Assembly (NCBI GenBank): GCA_030704615.1
Contig: CM060734.1
Coordinates: 9,486,001-9,550,000 of the forward strand
Direction: 5' to 3'
From: Takakia lepidozioides
Taxonomy: Eukaryota; Plantae; Bryophyta
DNA: 64,000 nucleotides
Shown here: positions 37,761 through 50,860 of the stretch, piece by piece
Layout: each line of letters begins with the position of its first letter
Position numbering within the stretch: the first letter of the stretch is position 1
The notes under the pieces: model-generated
Told to the model about the DNA's origin: nothing
What the model saw: the letters and a program-made list of their open reading frames with translations, nothing else
Databases searched by the model: none
Translations under genes and position numbers: made by a program

Positions 37761-39140
37761 AGGCATAAACAGCACTGTCTGACTGTCCAAAAGGCCAGAA
37801 AACAGGTCTGGAAAAATGCATCCAATGTCACACTTGTACCACCAAACCCTTGTCATCACAACCAGCCCGAACCTTCACAGTAAGGTCTGATTTCTAGGAG
37901 GCCCAGCCCATTTACTTCCCTGACTTAACAGATTTGGTTACCAAGAACCAGGAATCAAAGTAAAGGTTTAAGGCATATCCCCCTTGAAGCAGCTTTGAAG
38001 CAGAAAAATTGCAACAACGGCAGCTTGCAGCATATCTTATCCCTCCTGCAGTAACCAGATCATCCGCAAGCCAAGGAGTTCATGCCAAGTGAAATCCCTC
38101 ACCTGCACCCGTCCCAAAAACAAACACAAAAAATGTTTTGTGCGTTAGTAAGGATGCGCGAGGTGAATTACAGGATTTCACAGTTGCTATCCATGTCAGG
38201 TATGAGCCATAAAGCATGCAAAGATCACAGAACCAGCAGAAGAAAGCATGATGTGACACCACAAAGAACCTCAATCTTTTGTGGAGTAGGACGCTGCGGT
38301 GTTCATCATCTGAATTTGAACGAGCACAACAGAATGCAACGGGAGGAGAGTTGAGGATAAGTTGTATCTTGATAATACAGGCCGCTTCCCCACCTCCATA
38401 ACCGCCGCTGCTTCATCAATGAGGAAAAACGTAGGCAAACACAACAGTATGTCATTTGCCATTGCGGGAGATGAAAGTGCCTGCCGTCATCGCGTGTTCT
38501 AAAAACAAGAACACACCCGCTCGGATCTTGCTGCTCGATCATTCGTCCGCCATCGCCCTCTTCCAGAGAAAAAAACACGTACGATATCATGCTGTGTCTA
38601 GGGCAGAGAGACACTTAAGGAAAACCTCCCGCGATTTCATCCACCGTCCGGTATGGATGATATCAAACCAGGATGAAAAATGGGCATTCAATAGGTTTAA
38701 ATCAAAGGAGCATAAACCTAAAATGCATTGAAATGCATATCTGCCTATAAATCATCCTGTTATGGTTATAACAGAAATTTCATCCAGGATGGATGAAACC
38801 TTAAAAATTCCATCAGGGATTAAAAATATATAGTATTTCCAAAATAAGTATTATGGAAAAAAAAATTGATAATCCCAAACAAGTAGTTGGAGAGAGGGAG
38901 AGAGAGGGAGAGATCAGGAAACCAAAAAAAAAGGGGGGGGGGGGGGGGGGGAGAGTGACTGAGCCCGTGGTGCTCAGCAGCTGGTGGTGGTGCTCAGTCA
39001 CTCCCCCCCCCACCTTTTTCTTTTCTGTTTGTTGCCCCCTCTCGAGACCCCGAGCACTTGCTGCTCTCAGCCCCCGACATGCTTGGTTTTTTTTGTTTTT
39101 GATCTGGAATGTAGAGGTTGTTTCCTAATGAGGCCAACTT

Positions 39141-40751
39141 ATGGGTTTGCATGACAGGTGCCAGCTTATGGGGAAAGAGAAGAAGTCCCCTACCCCAAAG
39201 AAAGGGGTGGACAATCCGTTTGCTCTGCCGGCACGTGTGACGCGCCAGGGCGTCCCACGGTTAACCAGCCCCGTCGATAGCCGTAGCCGGAGGGCTTGTC
39301 TGCCCCCCGAGGCCAGTACCCCCCCTCTTGTCCACATCTTGGATGCGCCAGGGGCCGGCTCAGCCAGCTTTCATATTCAGGAGGTTGTTGCTGAGCCGGA
39401 TGCTCAGTTGAGCACACCCCCGGCCACCAAGACGGGTGAAATGTACCTTGGCAAGCACATCACCCGTTTGGGGGCCCGGTATGGGCAACTTTTGGATGTC
39501 ACCCCCATAGCGACCCCTTCCTCCGCATCAAAGGCTGCACTTGCCAAGGCCCAACGTCAGGTTCAAGGGCCTTTGAAAGCCTCCATTGCCAGCCCATTGT
39601 TGTCGATGAGGGAGGAGGAGACGAGGAGGGCCAATGAAGTGGCCAAGATAGTGAAGCGCCTCGAAGAAGTCAAGCCGGGTGAGGGCTTCTACCCTGATAC
39701 GCATTTGGGGGGGGGGGGAAGAGGAGGAGGTATGGGCCGGTTCGGAGCAGCCTAGCCGATCAGCGACACCGCCCCCTGAGCCTGAGTGGTCAGCAAAGAA
39801 GGGCCTGGACTACGGGGCGTCGCCGCCGGCTATGCTCCACATCTAGAATCTACTTCCAGTGGCGCTCCGGGAGGGGATAGAGCGGGCACATCCGGCAACG
39901 GGGACTCCTGCCACATCGGGTGACACTGGGGGCGAGTCGGACAAGCTTGCAAAGGTACAACTGTCGCACCTTGTTCCATGATTTATCCTTTCCTTTGCAT
40001 GCATGATTTTCTTTGTTGTTTGTTTCTTTTTTTGAATTTGGAGTGGTTATTTGTCTTCAGGAGGCAGCAACATGGCTGGCCTCATTGGTGTAGTCCAATG
40101 AGGGAGAGCATGTGGTGTTCATGAAGGACCCGAACACCAAAGGTAAGAAGAAGAGGCCTCGATCTCCCGAGATCCCTTTTATCATCAATGAAGGGGCTGC
40201 CGAGGAGAGCGAGAGAAGGTAGAGGGAGAAGGAGAGAGGAAGTAGCGGGGAAGGGGAAGGAAAAGAAGAAGAAGAAGAAGTCCCATGGAGAGGAAGGGGT
40301 GAGTGTGCATGCGGGGGAGGGCAGTGGGGTAACAAAGGAGCAGGGGAAGGAGGCTACAAAGAAGGGAGAGGGTGGGAAGAAGAACATGCCCTTAGCGATA
40401 CAGGACGTGGAGTTGGCAAAGATCGTGGTGCCACCGGTGGAGGTGAATCGCCATGGTGACCCCTGCGGTGCGTTCTGGGAGGCTATGAAGAAGCCAACCT
40501 TCGAACTCGCATTGAGGTGGTTCCCTTTACACATCGAGTGGGCTGATCAGCACTTTGGCACGAAGCGGGCGTATGCCCGTGAGTTAGACCGCCGGTTTCC
40601 GGGCAATTGGAGTGACACAAGGGTGATGGAGATGGTGGGGCGAAACTTGAAGGACAGGAGGTACCGTGCCAAACAGATCATTCGGAGGGCAATGGAAAAG
40701 GGGGCCATACCCAAACCACCTTATGGAATTACACAGGTTGGCAAATCCTGA
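39141..40751 (+). pseudogene. CACTA (En/Spm) TnpA-like accessory ORF, N-terminal part
   Basis: Low-complexity N-terminus, a GT-AG intron at 39955-40060, then VEVNRHGDPCG..W..Q...LKDRRYRAK..KPPYGITQ, which resembles CACTA second-ORF proteins. Frameshifted at a poly-G tract and truncated. Confidence 0.55.
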
Positions 40752-41483
40752 ATCATGTCACCTTCCATTTGTCGCATGCATTAATGAGGTGGATTCGATG
40801 CAACGTATGTGTGTAATTCACTAATTGTTGGGCAACGACGCAATGGCGTGAGCCTCACGCAGGAGTGACGTGGCGTGAGCGTGCACCCACGCTGATGTGG
40901 CGTGAGCGTGATGTAAGCATGCTGATGTGGCGGCAAATGCTGACGTGGCCCTGCGTTGTCATCTACCACGTCAGCATGAACATGCGCCGCCTATAACCGA
41001 GGATGGTCCTATGACCGTGGGAATAATGAAGGGAATCCTTGGCTGAATACAATAAAGACTACCATGAGGCCTACAATTGCAGCATCCAACATTGTGCAAT
41101 TACAAATGTTTGTTTCACTTTTATAATTACAAGGGTTTGAAATATCCTCACAAAGTGTGCGCCATAGAGGCTACAACAGGAAGACCTTGCTCCCTCCCCA
41201 AATAACAATGAGAGTTAGGATCATCTTCAAAAGATGGTTGCAGTGCATAGCGACAGGAAGACATGTACACTTCGAACGGTGCAATGATGAATGTGCTTTT
41301 AAAAGTTGTCACTCAGAGCTCACTCAGTATAGTTGGAAGGATAATGGAGGGATAAGGGACGCCATATCATTGCACCGCCGACGATGTTGCAAACGAATTG
41401 ATTTGAAGCGAATTTCCATGACAATGTTGCAAATTGCACATTTCATAACATGATCGTCCATATACCACATGGCATAGTTGATG

Positions 41484-41954
41484 CTACCTATGTGTTGTAT
41501 CCCGCTGCAATAGAGTATCGACCTCGTTGAAACTCAGAGTGGCCTGGTGAACGAAGTTGTCACGTTTGGGATCGCAAACCATCCTCTTCAAAAATACGAA
41601 ATACAAATGTTTGCAGGGTATGAATTTACCTCTCTTGCCCAAACTGGTTGATAGCATATTCACAAAATCAGGACATGTGCAATTGGGAAAATTGGAAACC
41701 GTGATGTCGTATGCCCTGTCATGAACAGCAGATGTCGAAGTGATCATTGTGTACACTCGACCATATCCTGGATCGGGCACTTCTGTGGTGCTTGCAACAC
41801 GAGCTTGGAGCATTCTTGCGAACTCCACTTTGCCGAAGTGTTCAGCGGTTGGAGGGAAACGCCGAACCAGCTTTCCATCTCGTTTGGTTGGCCACAAGTG
41901 AGGATTTGCCGGGGGGACCCGAGAGGACGCAGAAGTAGAAACACATGTATGCAT
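41484..41954 (-). pseudogene. SWIM zinc-finger C-terminal fragment (MULE-like transposase)
   Basis: YDITVSNFPNCTCPDF...PCKHLYFVF fits CxC-xn-CxH. Confidence 0.75.
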
Positions 41955-42879
41955 TCTCCTCCACCATCACATCGCCTCTAAATTGAGCAATGATAGAAGC
42001 CTCATCCCTGTCACAGTGAGGGTTTTTAAACAAGCCGAAAAATAGAGTAACCGTGGAACGAGCCCTCTCTATGAGTAAGTCAAACCCATCATAAATAGGG
42101 CCACATACTGTCATGTGCGGAGGAATTGAACCTGTAGCCAACTGAATGGCTCTGCCCCATGCATGGCTCTGCCCATGTGACCTGCAAGCACACAGTCAAA
42201 AAAGTGGGGGTTTACGAACTTGCCAAATCCCAAGCATGAATAGAGGGGTCCCATTAGTGGGGAAGACATGTGAATCAGCATCCACAATTGCAATGCCCAT
42301 CAGATCCAACATGTGACTTGTTGTGCAGATTGTCCCCCGACTGCACCAAACCAGAACAAACATTATAAAGAAGTACATCCCCAACACATTGCACCCAACC
42401 CCCACAATCTGAACACAGGGAAAATAGAGAGGGGGAGGGAGGAGCAGAGGCATCAGAATTCAGTTCGTAGCAAGAGAGTAAGTAAGGCATGGATGTGGGC
42501 AGGGGGGGAGATAGTAGAGAGGTGGACTAACAACTGAAGCAACCCAAAATGCCAACATGACGCTATTGCCCTTTTACTAGGAATCATCTTCCTCGCTGCT
42601 ACATTCACAGGGAAAATAACCGCAACAAGTGGATGCTGCAGCACAGGATGTCCGCTGATTTGGGACTCAAAATGCGCCTCAGTGTGCCACTCAAAATGTC
42701 ATATAATGCATATGTCATTTTACCAGGCCAGTGGCTGAAGCACAGGGTGTCCAGTGATTTGGAACTGAAAATGTCACTCAGTGTGTCAGTTAAAATGTCA
42801 ACATGACGCTATTGTCCTTTTACCAGATGTAGTCATCTTCATCGCTACTACTTTCACTACACTCATGGTCAGTGTTGCA

Positions 42880-45800
42880 ATCCTCACTATCTCGGTGCCA
42901 TGGTTCGTCCCTTCGTGGCGGCCTCATCATAGCAATAGTAGCCATCTCAGCTTCGGTAAGGGTCGTTGAAGGTCCAAATTATGTGTTGGGATTCACATCC
43001 TCCAATGCCTCCGCCACTTGCATCCTTACGCATGACTCATTCTCACCCAAGCTGACAGCAGTGACATCATGTACCACGCGCCGTGAGCGCGGCTCCTTCT
43101 GAAGTACTACTTTCCAGTTACCAGCGTTGGAGGGCTCATCTGCAAAAAAAACTTGCTCGACTTGCCATGGAAATGTGAATGGTTCATCTCCCGGTGGCAA
43201 CATGCGATCGAAGTCCACGAGTAGGAAACCATACTCATCCTTCTTCATGGTGCGGTTGCGACCTGTCAAGCTTGCTCTGACCCATTCACATATGAATACT
43301 ACAGGAGTGACAGCACCATACTGAAGCTGTAAAATTTCACGAACAACACCGATATATTGCAGCTGGTTCATGACAGGGTTACCATCCACACCCCTTCCCG
43401 TTGACTCTTCGGCAAAAATCTGTGCAACCCCAGAGTCGAATGTGACATGGTAATCAACCACACCTGTTTCCACCACTCTATAGTGATTTCCGTATGCCCA
43501 CATAAACCGAAATGAACGAGCAACAAACCCTGGTGGCTTACACAGATGACGAATATTTGCATCATACGTTGCTCCTTTTGAAACAACATTTTGTACTGCC
43601 GACTGTATCCACATATGAAAAGCAGGCAAAGGCAACATGTTTTCGGGGTATGGAACGGTGCGTTGGTGTGCATTTCTCCCTTGGGTGGTGTATGTGGCTC
43701 GAAATTTGGCTCTAGCTGATTCTATGGTGGCCTTCTCAATATCATAAAGTCTGGTCATACTCAATTCACACTTAGTCAGGACCATAGTATGTACAAAGAG
43801 GCTGAGTGAAAATTGAGAATGCGCCAATTTTGTGTCCGGAAATGGTTCCCAGAGTTAGCATGTGAAGCCAAATAAATGATGTATACTTACCTCAGAAACG
43901 GTCTCATGCACGCCGTGTTGTGAAGCACATAGTCGTGTGCACTAGCCCGAAGCTCAGCCGACAGTTTCCTTGGAGTTCCAAAGCCCTCTAATACTTCTCC
44001 CGCAACACTTTCTTCTTCGTTGCAATCCCAGACCCTTCTACGAGTTCCTGGAAATGCAGCTATGTACTCTGTGAGGAGGCCAAGAGCCTCATCTGGCCGG
44101 GCATAGCTCTTCACATATCCCTTCAAATTTTTCATGTACCTCTCGATGGGGTACATCCAACGCGAACTAACAGGACCACAAACCTCCAATCCATTCACAA
44201 GGTGTAGCACAAGGTGGGTCATGAGATCGAAGAATGAGGGGGGAAACTGTTTCTCCAACAAACAAAGCGTTACAACCACATCCTCCTTCAGGGCTGGTAG
44301 TTCCTCGGGATCCACTATTTTCATGCACAATGCGCGAAATACACGAGATAGCTTCATGATTGCGAGCCTTGGACCTTTGCCCAACAAACCTCGAATGCAC
44401 AAAGGTAGAACTTGTTGCATCAGTAGATGGTAGTCATGACTCTTCATGTGTGAAAGCTTGTTCTTAGCAATATGCTTCTTAAATGAAGCACCATACCCTG
44501 TCGGTGTCTTTAGAGCACCCAAAGTTGCATAGAAGGTAGTAGTTCCTGTCGATTCAACACGTAAGGAGCCTGCGGCTTCACCAACTTCCTGCCATCTCCG
44601 GGGTGGGGTTTTAACCATAAGTGAGGTCGTATGCCCTCATTCTCCATGTCCTTCCTGCTCTTTACTGTGTCCTTTTCCCCCAATATGGTGCGCAATATGT
44701 TTTCACAAATGTTTTTTTCACAGTGCATAACATCAAGGGTATACCGTATCAACAAATCCTGAAATCATGGAACCACCATCAATATGGTATACTTTGATGG
44801 TAAAGCCAAGAGATGACATCTTAATAATGGGAAAAGGAAGAAACCAGCCTTGCATGCTGCAGACAGTATCCAGAGAGACAAAAGCCAGACATTTTCATGG
44901 AAACAACCATATTGCTGCTACATGTGCCATACATAGGCGACTCCAAACTTGCTTCATGCAATTTGCATTAGGCTGAAATCTAAGTCGTGTGTGATGATCC
45001 TTACAACTGTATCCATGCAACTATGAAATCAGCCCTGCCAACAAACAAACAATGAAGACATACCCACCTTCCAATATGGCAGGTTCCAAAGGATCGACCT
45101 TCGCTTCATGCCATGGGATTTGGCAGGGCACACATTCCGGCGACGGCTGCCAAATGTTTCCATGAACCTCTCGTTTTCCTCCGCATTTTGGAGCTGATCC
45201 ACAGTGGATACTTGGGGGGGGGGGTTTGTCTGTGATCGGAGGCTCCATTGAAGTGGTTGCGATTGCGTCTATATGGATGGCCTGCTGGTAAGAATTTTCT
45301 GTGCCCCTGGTACACCATTTTGCTCAGTGCACTGGAGTGCCTGGCATCAAGATTGGGCCCGCACACGGGACAAGCCTTGTAGCCCCCAACTGCACACCCT
45401 GCTAGCATGGCATATGCAGGATAGTCATGTACTGACCACATCAGAATGGCTCTCATGACAAAGGTCCTTGATCCTTCATTGCCAGATGCATCATTAGCCC
45501 TAACACCTTCCCACAACACGGTCAGCTCATCCACCAGAGGCTGCAAGAACACATCCGCATTGGTCTTCTTCACGGATGTCGGCCCTGGAATTAAGAGTGT
45601 CAACATCATAAAAAAAGGCTTTGTGCTCAGCCAAGGAGGAAGGTTGTAGTTCATGAGCAAGACTGGCCACGTAGACCATTTTGTTGATTTATCACCAAAG
45701 GGATTGATACCATCCCATGCCAGACCTAGTCGCAAGTTGCGAGGTTCAGCTGCAAAAGCAAGCCATGTATTGTCAATGTATTTCCATGCAAGGCTGTCAG

Positions 45801-46974
45801 GCGGGTGTCTCATCTTCTCATCTTGACTTTGGTTCTCCATGTGCCACACCATAAGCTTAGATATCTCCTTGCACTTGTACATGCGCTGCAGCCGGGGAAT
45901 CAAGGGGAAATGCCGCAAGACCTTCTGTGGAACCAACGTCTTCATGCCAGGGATGTACCGAGGCGCCCCACATTTAGGGCAAGATGGTGCATCCTGCAGA
46001 TCTCCCCTATATAGCACACATCCCTTCTCACAAGCATGGATGCTATCGTAATTAAGCCCAGCTTTTGTTATAAGTTTCTTCGCTTCGTAATGAGATTTGG
46101 GCAAAAAGTTCCCTTTAGGCAATAGATGTCCGTGAAAAAGTTTCAGAAGCTCATCCATCGCTGCGTTTGTGACACCATGAGTAGCACTAACATTGAGCAA
46201 AAGCAACGTCGCACTCAAGCAGCTCGTGGGGCAGCCAACATACAGAGGTGTGGTTGCTTGATGCTGAAATTGTGGTTGCTTGGAAAGCAGCACCGTCATC
46301 CCCATCCCCATGACTTTGTCCATCATGATGGCGCTCGTCTTCTCCAAGCCCTTCATCCTCATTAATGGTGCTTTGCACATTATCTGCAACTGCAAATGTT
46401 TCCTGCAACATGCGAATGATGTCGACGTCGGGGTCTAGATTCTCTCCACCACGAACAGGAACAGGGCTAATCTGTCTTTCCACATCATCCTCAGGGGGGC
46501 TACATTCTTCCACAAAGTCTTCGTCTTCGGAGTCGACACTCTCCACCTGCATGTTCACCTGCAAACTATAAGAGTATAGTCTTGTCCAAAATGTAACGTG
46601 TTGCATAAAACAGGGAATCTCCAAATTGACCGTGCTAGTTTCCAACAGTAGTCCACTGTACATGTACAGTGGAGGGCCGTTCAACATTACCATTCTAAGG
46701 GCTTCATCCTAAGTTATGTCTGCGAGAAGTGAGGCGAGAGATGCACGTCACTCACCATGGGATAACCCAACAGTGGATCCCGGTCATTGGCAAGCAAATG
46801 CAATTTGGCAGTTTCCACAAATTGGAGTCGACCCCCATGGCAGTCGTTGCAGGGACACATTATCTTTGAAATACCCAGTCTAGTTGCACGTCGTTCCTCG
46901 ATTTGCCAAAGTCTTGCGTCAGTGTGGGGCACCGCAGTGCGGCGCCGGGTGTTTCTAGTTCCGGCCTCTCTCAT
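42880..46974 (-). pseudogene. CACTA (En/Spm) TnpD transposase: transposase-associated Zn domain, Transposase_21, DUF4218, DUF4216; spliced, frameshifted
   Basis: Motifs MCPCNDC, IHACEKGCVLY, LRHFPLIPRLQ, RNLRLGLAWDGINPF, STWPV..YNLPP, DYPA, LDVMHCEKN, MKSHDYH, FPPSFFD.MTHL, RWMYPIER, DEYGFLLVD..DEPF..QVEQVFF. Introns at ~46561-46755, ~44760-45063 and ~43775-43890. Frameshifts at ~46270, ~45220 and ~44540. Confidence 0.95.
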
Positions 46975-47200
46975 CCCCCACGAAACGCTTCTGGGTTTGG
47001 CTAGTTTTTGAAGTGGGAAGTCAGCGAGTGCTCGGATGTGGGGAACCTATGTTTGTGCTTGCAGGCATTGGAGTATTCGTATGGCGGGTCCACCTCCCCT
47101 CTGTTTCCTACATGCGCTCCTTCTATTGTTTGATCAGTAGATCATGGTAGTCTTGTTTGAGGTCGATTACTGCGATTTGAGCGACGAGGAGGAACCCGCC

Positions 47201-47331
47201 ATGGCACGGACACGCAAGGCCTCTACACCCGACACCCCTCCACGCGCTGCCTACGAGGAAGAGCGAGAGAGGCGCATAGCGGCCAACAAGGAGACGTTGG
47301 CTCAGCTGAACATTGGGAGCGTTGCGCGCAG
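47201..47331 (+). pseudogene. First exon of a TnpA-like gene, divergent from the CACTA transposase
   Basis: MARTRKAS..AYEEERERRIAANKETLAQLNI followed by a GTGAG donor; the remainder is deleted. Confidence 0.5.
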
Positions 47332-47517
47332 GTGAGCAGATCACCCTTGTCCTTAGTATGCATGCTACACAGGTAGTGAGTAGGGGTTTCCCACCACATT
47401 AGCCTACTGCTTTTCCCTCCCATAGGTTTCATGGTGATGGCACTTTCACGATCGCCTTTTGTTTAGGGCAAGATTCACACAGGGTTTTAGAAATGTTGTA
47501 TGCAGCATAGCTAGGAG

Positions 47518-48370
47518 TCCCACTTTTATAAGCTAGCATGCATTCTACACACTAGCCAACCATACCATGCATCACCATTCCAAACAAAATAGGACGCACA
47601 ACATTTGGAATCCATTTCATTTATAGCACGTTTTGTACAATACAAGTTTTTGCAATTGGATTCCTAAGCTAGCTAAGCCAGGCTAAGCATGCATTTCCTC
47701 CCCCACGCTCCAAGGTTGATGTCCCCATCAACGCTTCTTCCGCTTTTGAGGTCGCCCTTCGAAAGCTGCAACCGCCTCGGATGCGTTTCCCATTTCTGAG
47801 GCACGCACCCAAGATGCCTCCACATGATGATAGCCCTTCCATTTGACGAGATACTCCGTTTCTCGGTTCCTGAACCTCCTTGACTTAAGTATTGCCTCCA
47901 CCTCATACTCCGGTTCATTTTCATGATCCAACAGCATAGGTGGCGGACGCAACACTTGATGCCGATTCGGACGCGCTTCATCTTTGAAGTAAGGCTTCAA
48001 AAGGGAGACATGGAATACTGGGTGCACCTTACTGTTTGCCGGCAGCTCCAATTCATACACATCCTCATTCATAACCTTCCGAATGCGAAAGGGTCCCGCA
48101 TACGGAGGTACGAACTTCGGACTCACTTCCGGAGGTAGTCGGAAATTCTTGATGTTCAACCAAACCTCTGTGCCTGCCTCAAACTTCACTTCCCTCCGCT
48201 TCCGATTCGCCTGCCTTTCATACCGTTTCCTAGCTTTGGCAATATTGTACTTTGCGAGCTTCAACAAACGCTCGCGTTCTTCCAGTACCGCCGCTACTGC
48301 CGGTTCCTCAAGGTCCTGGGCGGCCCAACTTGTCGGCACCAGAGGTGCTTTTCCATAGACCAATACGAAA
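47518..48370 (-). mobile_element. Truncated chromovirus fragment (integrase C-terminus, chromodomain, part of 3' UTR)
   Basis: Nearly identical to ~53293-54145; ORF 47728-48363 has GPF and YEVEAIL..YLVKWKGY. Confidence 0.95.
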
Positions 48371-48371
48371 T

Positions 48372-48480
48372 GGGGGCTGCTATTTCATGAGCCATGAGCC
48401 ATGAGCGGCATGAGCCATGAGCAGAGTCGTAAGTGTGGAAAAAAACATGAGCAGCACTATTTTCCGGAAATGAGTGTCCG
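48372..48480 (+). mobile_element. Orphan DNA-transposon terminus GGGGGCTGCTATTTCATGAGC with (CATGAGC)n subterminal repeats
   Basis: A related terminus occurs at 59281 in the same orientation. Confidence 0.5.
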
Positions 48481-48834
48481 CGGGAATAGGGTTTAGGGTG
48501 TCACGGTCATAGGGGGAGAAGGACCTCCCGATGAAGGAGGTTCGGCAATGTTATTTAGAATTATATATTGAAAGGCAATGTTTCGCGAATGGAAGGGTGG
48601 TACTGCTCTGTACAATGGGGGCCCATTTCAGCCTACCAGCCACTTGCAAAATCCACCCACACTCCCAATCCCAAACGAAATGAGCAATGACGCATTCTCG
48701 GAACGATGGACACAGAATAGAATAAAAAGAGGGCACAATGAGGTTTTTATTGATCCACATGAATTGCATTTGAAGCACGTCTACTGTGCTGATTGTGCAA
48801 TCAAATCTTTAGCCCTGTGCCTACTGAATACAAG

Positions 48835-49536
48835 TCACGTTGTCAATGGGACTTCGACTGCTCTCAGAACTAGCTCATGAGTCATGGGGCTCCTCCAGGT
48901 AAAGTCAATTGCAGCCGTTGTACCGCCCCTAGTGATGTTCACCACAATGTCCTGCCCTTCAATCATACCACCATCGAATATGGAAATCTTCACGTTTTCG
49001 TCGTCCACACCAATGCAAATGTCCCCATACAATGGAGAAGAGGAGCGCACTCCTTCAAGAGAATAGGTCTCTCCGATGGAGTCCACCCACGTCCAGTGGC
49101 AGCAGTTCCACCGCAACAACATAGCAGTGCGCCTTCTTCTGCATGGGTGACCGTCGTAGCTGGGAAAATCGGAATCGAGGATGCGCAGGAGCCACGGACT
49201 CCTCAGACCAAGATCGTCACCCCGCTCGAAGGCGTAGTGGCCTAGGATATACTCAAAAGCCACCAATGTTTCCACAATCGAACCAGTATCTTCTCTGTAA
49301 TCTGTGTACCAGATAACAATGTCTCCTGATGTGGCCGAATACATTGCATAATCGATGCCTCCAAATGGGCAGTCGTCCCGGTTCCGGAAGCACGACATCC
49401 TTGCAAAGGAGGACCTGAGGACGACTTGGATGCCGATGACAATGACCTTGCGGACAGCTACGAAGCCCTTAGATTGTGGAAATGATGCGAAGCGGAAAAG
49501 CAGTCGGCCTCCAATAATGGAGCATCTGGGTCCCAC
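48835..49536 (-). CDS. Uncharacterised ORF (>=233 codons), possibly a last exon
   Basis: Open frame with globular-looking composition, no recognised motif and no ATG at the ORF start. Confidence 0.3.
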   Translation of the reverse strand: MGPRCSIIGGRLLFRFASFPQSKGFVAVRKVIVIGIQVVLRSSFARMSCFRNRDDCPFGGIDYAMYSATSGDIVIWYTDYREDTGSIVETLVAFEYILGHYAFERGDDLGLRSPWLLRILDSDFPSYDGHPCRRRRTAMLLRWNCCHWTWVDSIGETYSLEGVRSSSPLYGDICIGVDDENVKISIFDGGMIEGQDIVVNITRGGTTAAIDFTWRSPMTHELVLRAVEVPLTT

Positions 49537-49755
49537 GTACCCACCGACGGAGGTGGAACGTGTTCATCACGCCAGCGGTGGATGAACCCATACATCTTTG
49601 TCGTGCACATACCTATCGCTACACAACTACATCGCTGTCCAAACCACACCACACATATATGCACAATAAAGTAGTCTGCCACAAAATCCAAGTGTTAAAT
49701 ACAAATAACTAGTTTTATTCTAGCTGTTTTCACACTGTGCTTATTTAACTTGACA

Positions 49756-50686
49756 ACCCATTTTAGAGGTATTTTAGTGTCCACCCTGTCATAATCCATC
49801 CGGTATAGATGGAAAAACAGGAAATTAACACTGATAAAACCGGCCAATTCCAAGGAGGGAGGGAGAGAGAGGGATCCCACCAACCAGCCCTTGGTATGGC
49901 AGTCCCTTATGGAGTGAGTGTGCTATGCACTCACCCCGTAAGGGAGTGCATACCAGACCCTTCATAAGGTTTCTCCCTCTTCAAAGTAGATTCCAACCCC
50001 TGGATAGTTTTGCCATAGGGGCTGGAAATGCCTACTTCCTCGCCTTTCCATGTTTAAGGATCAATAAATGGGTGTCATGGATCAGCAAACAGGGATAAGA
50101 GAACGCTATACAAACCCACTCCAGACAAGTGTAACGCAGGATGGTAGCAACCTGCTGCCCATCTATACACCGTCCTAGTTTTAAGGCCAGTTTTTCCAAA
50201 GGTATGATAAGCACTAGCATATTACATATGCATATTTGCTTAGTGGTGCTACATAGAGCAAAGCCACTTGTAGAGAGGTATGAAAGCATATGAGCCTAAG
50301 AGTGTCTAAAACTGATACAAGGCATCAGCTACAGGATACCATCTAACACGAGGAGCGTGCATTGACCGGATCATGCAGAAGGTATACACACACTCCTGCA
50401 GGTGGTTTTACCTGGGCCTAGCTCAATATATCAATATGAAGACAACATCCAAAAGCATTGTGCTTACCTTAAAGACCTCCGTGCTTAAGATCACCAACAA
50501 GTTTTTGTTGGAGGACATACCTTATGAAGGTCAGTGCTCCGTATCTTTGTCATGGAGGGACCTTCTGCCAGGCCAAAAAAAAAACCATGTTAGTATATCA
50601 ACATGATGAAGAAATAACTAGAAAGGAAAGTGGTAGATGGTGTGTACGAGAACCACCAAGTAGAAGATACTCATGTCATGTCAAGA
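49756..50686 (+). repeat. ~930-bp segment duplicated at 51384-51872 + 58840-59280
   Basis: Near-identical direct copies; the second copy is split by the chromovirus. Confidence 0.95.
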
Positions 50687-50860
50687 CATGGACAAGACCC
50701 ACTAGGGTCATTGTCAATTGACATAAACAGCCCATAAACAAGGTTTGGGGTTCATGGGCACGAAGCAGCAGACAGGGTAGCAGCAGAGCTCGGACGCCAT
50801 AACTCTCAGCCCGCGAGCTCAGAAGCACGAGGAGTGCTGCTGACGGCGGGAGAGACACCC

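Noticed and set aside
35847-45224. Long poly-G tracts (e.g. ~35847, ~38933, ~39706, ~45213) as functional G-quadruplexes
   Set aside because: Homopolymer expansions that frameshift dead TE ORFs; their lengths are also prone to sequencing error.
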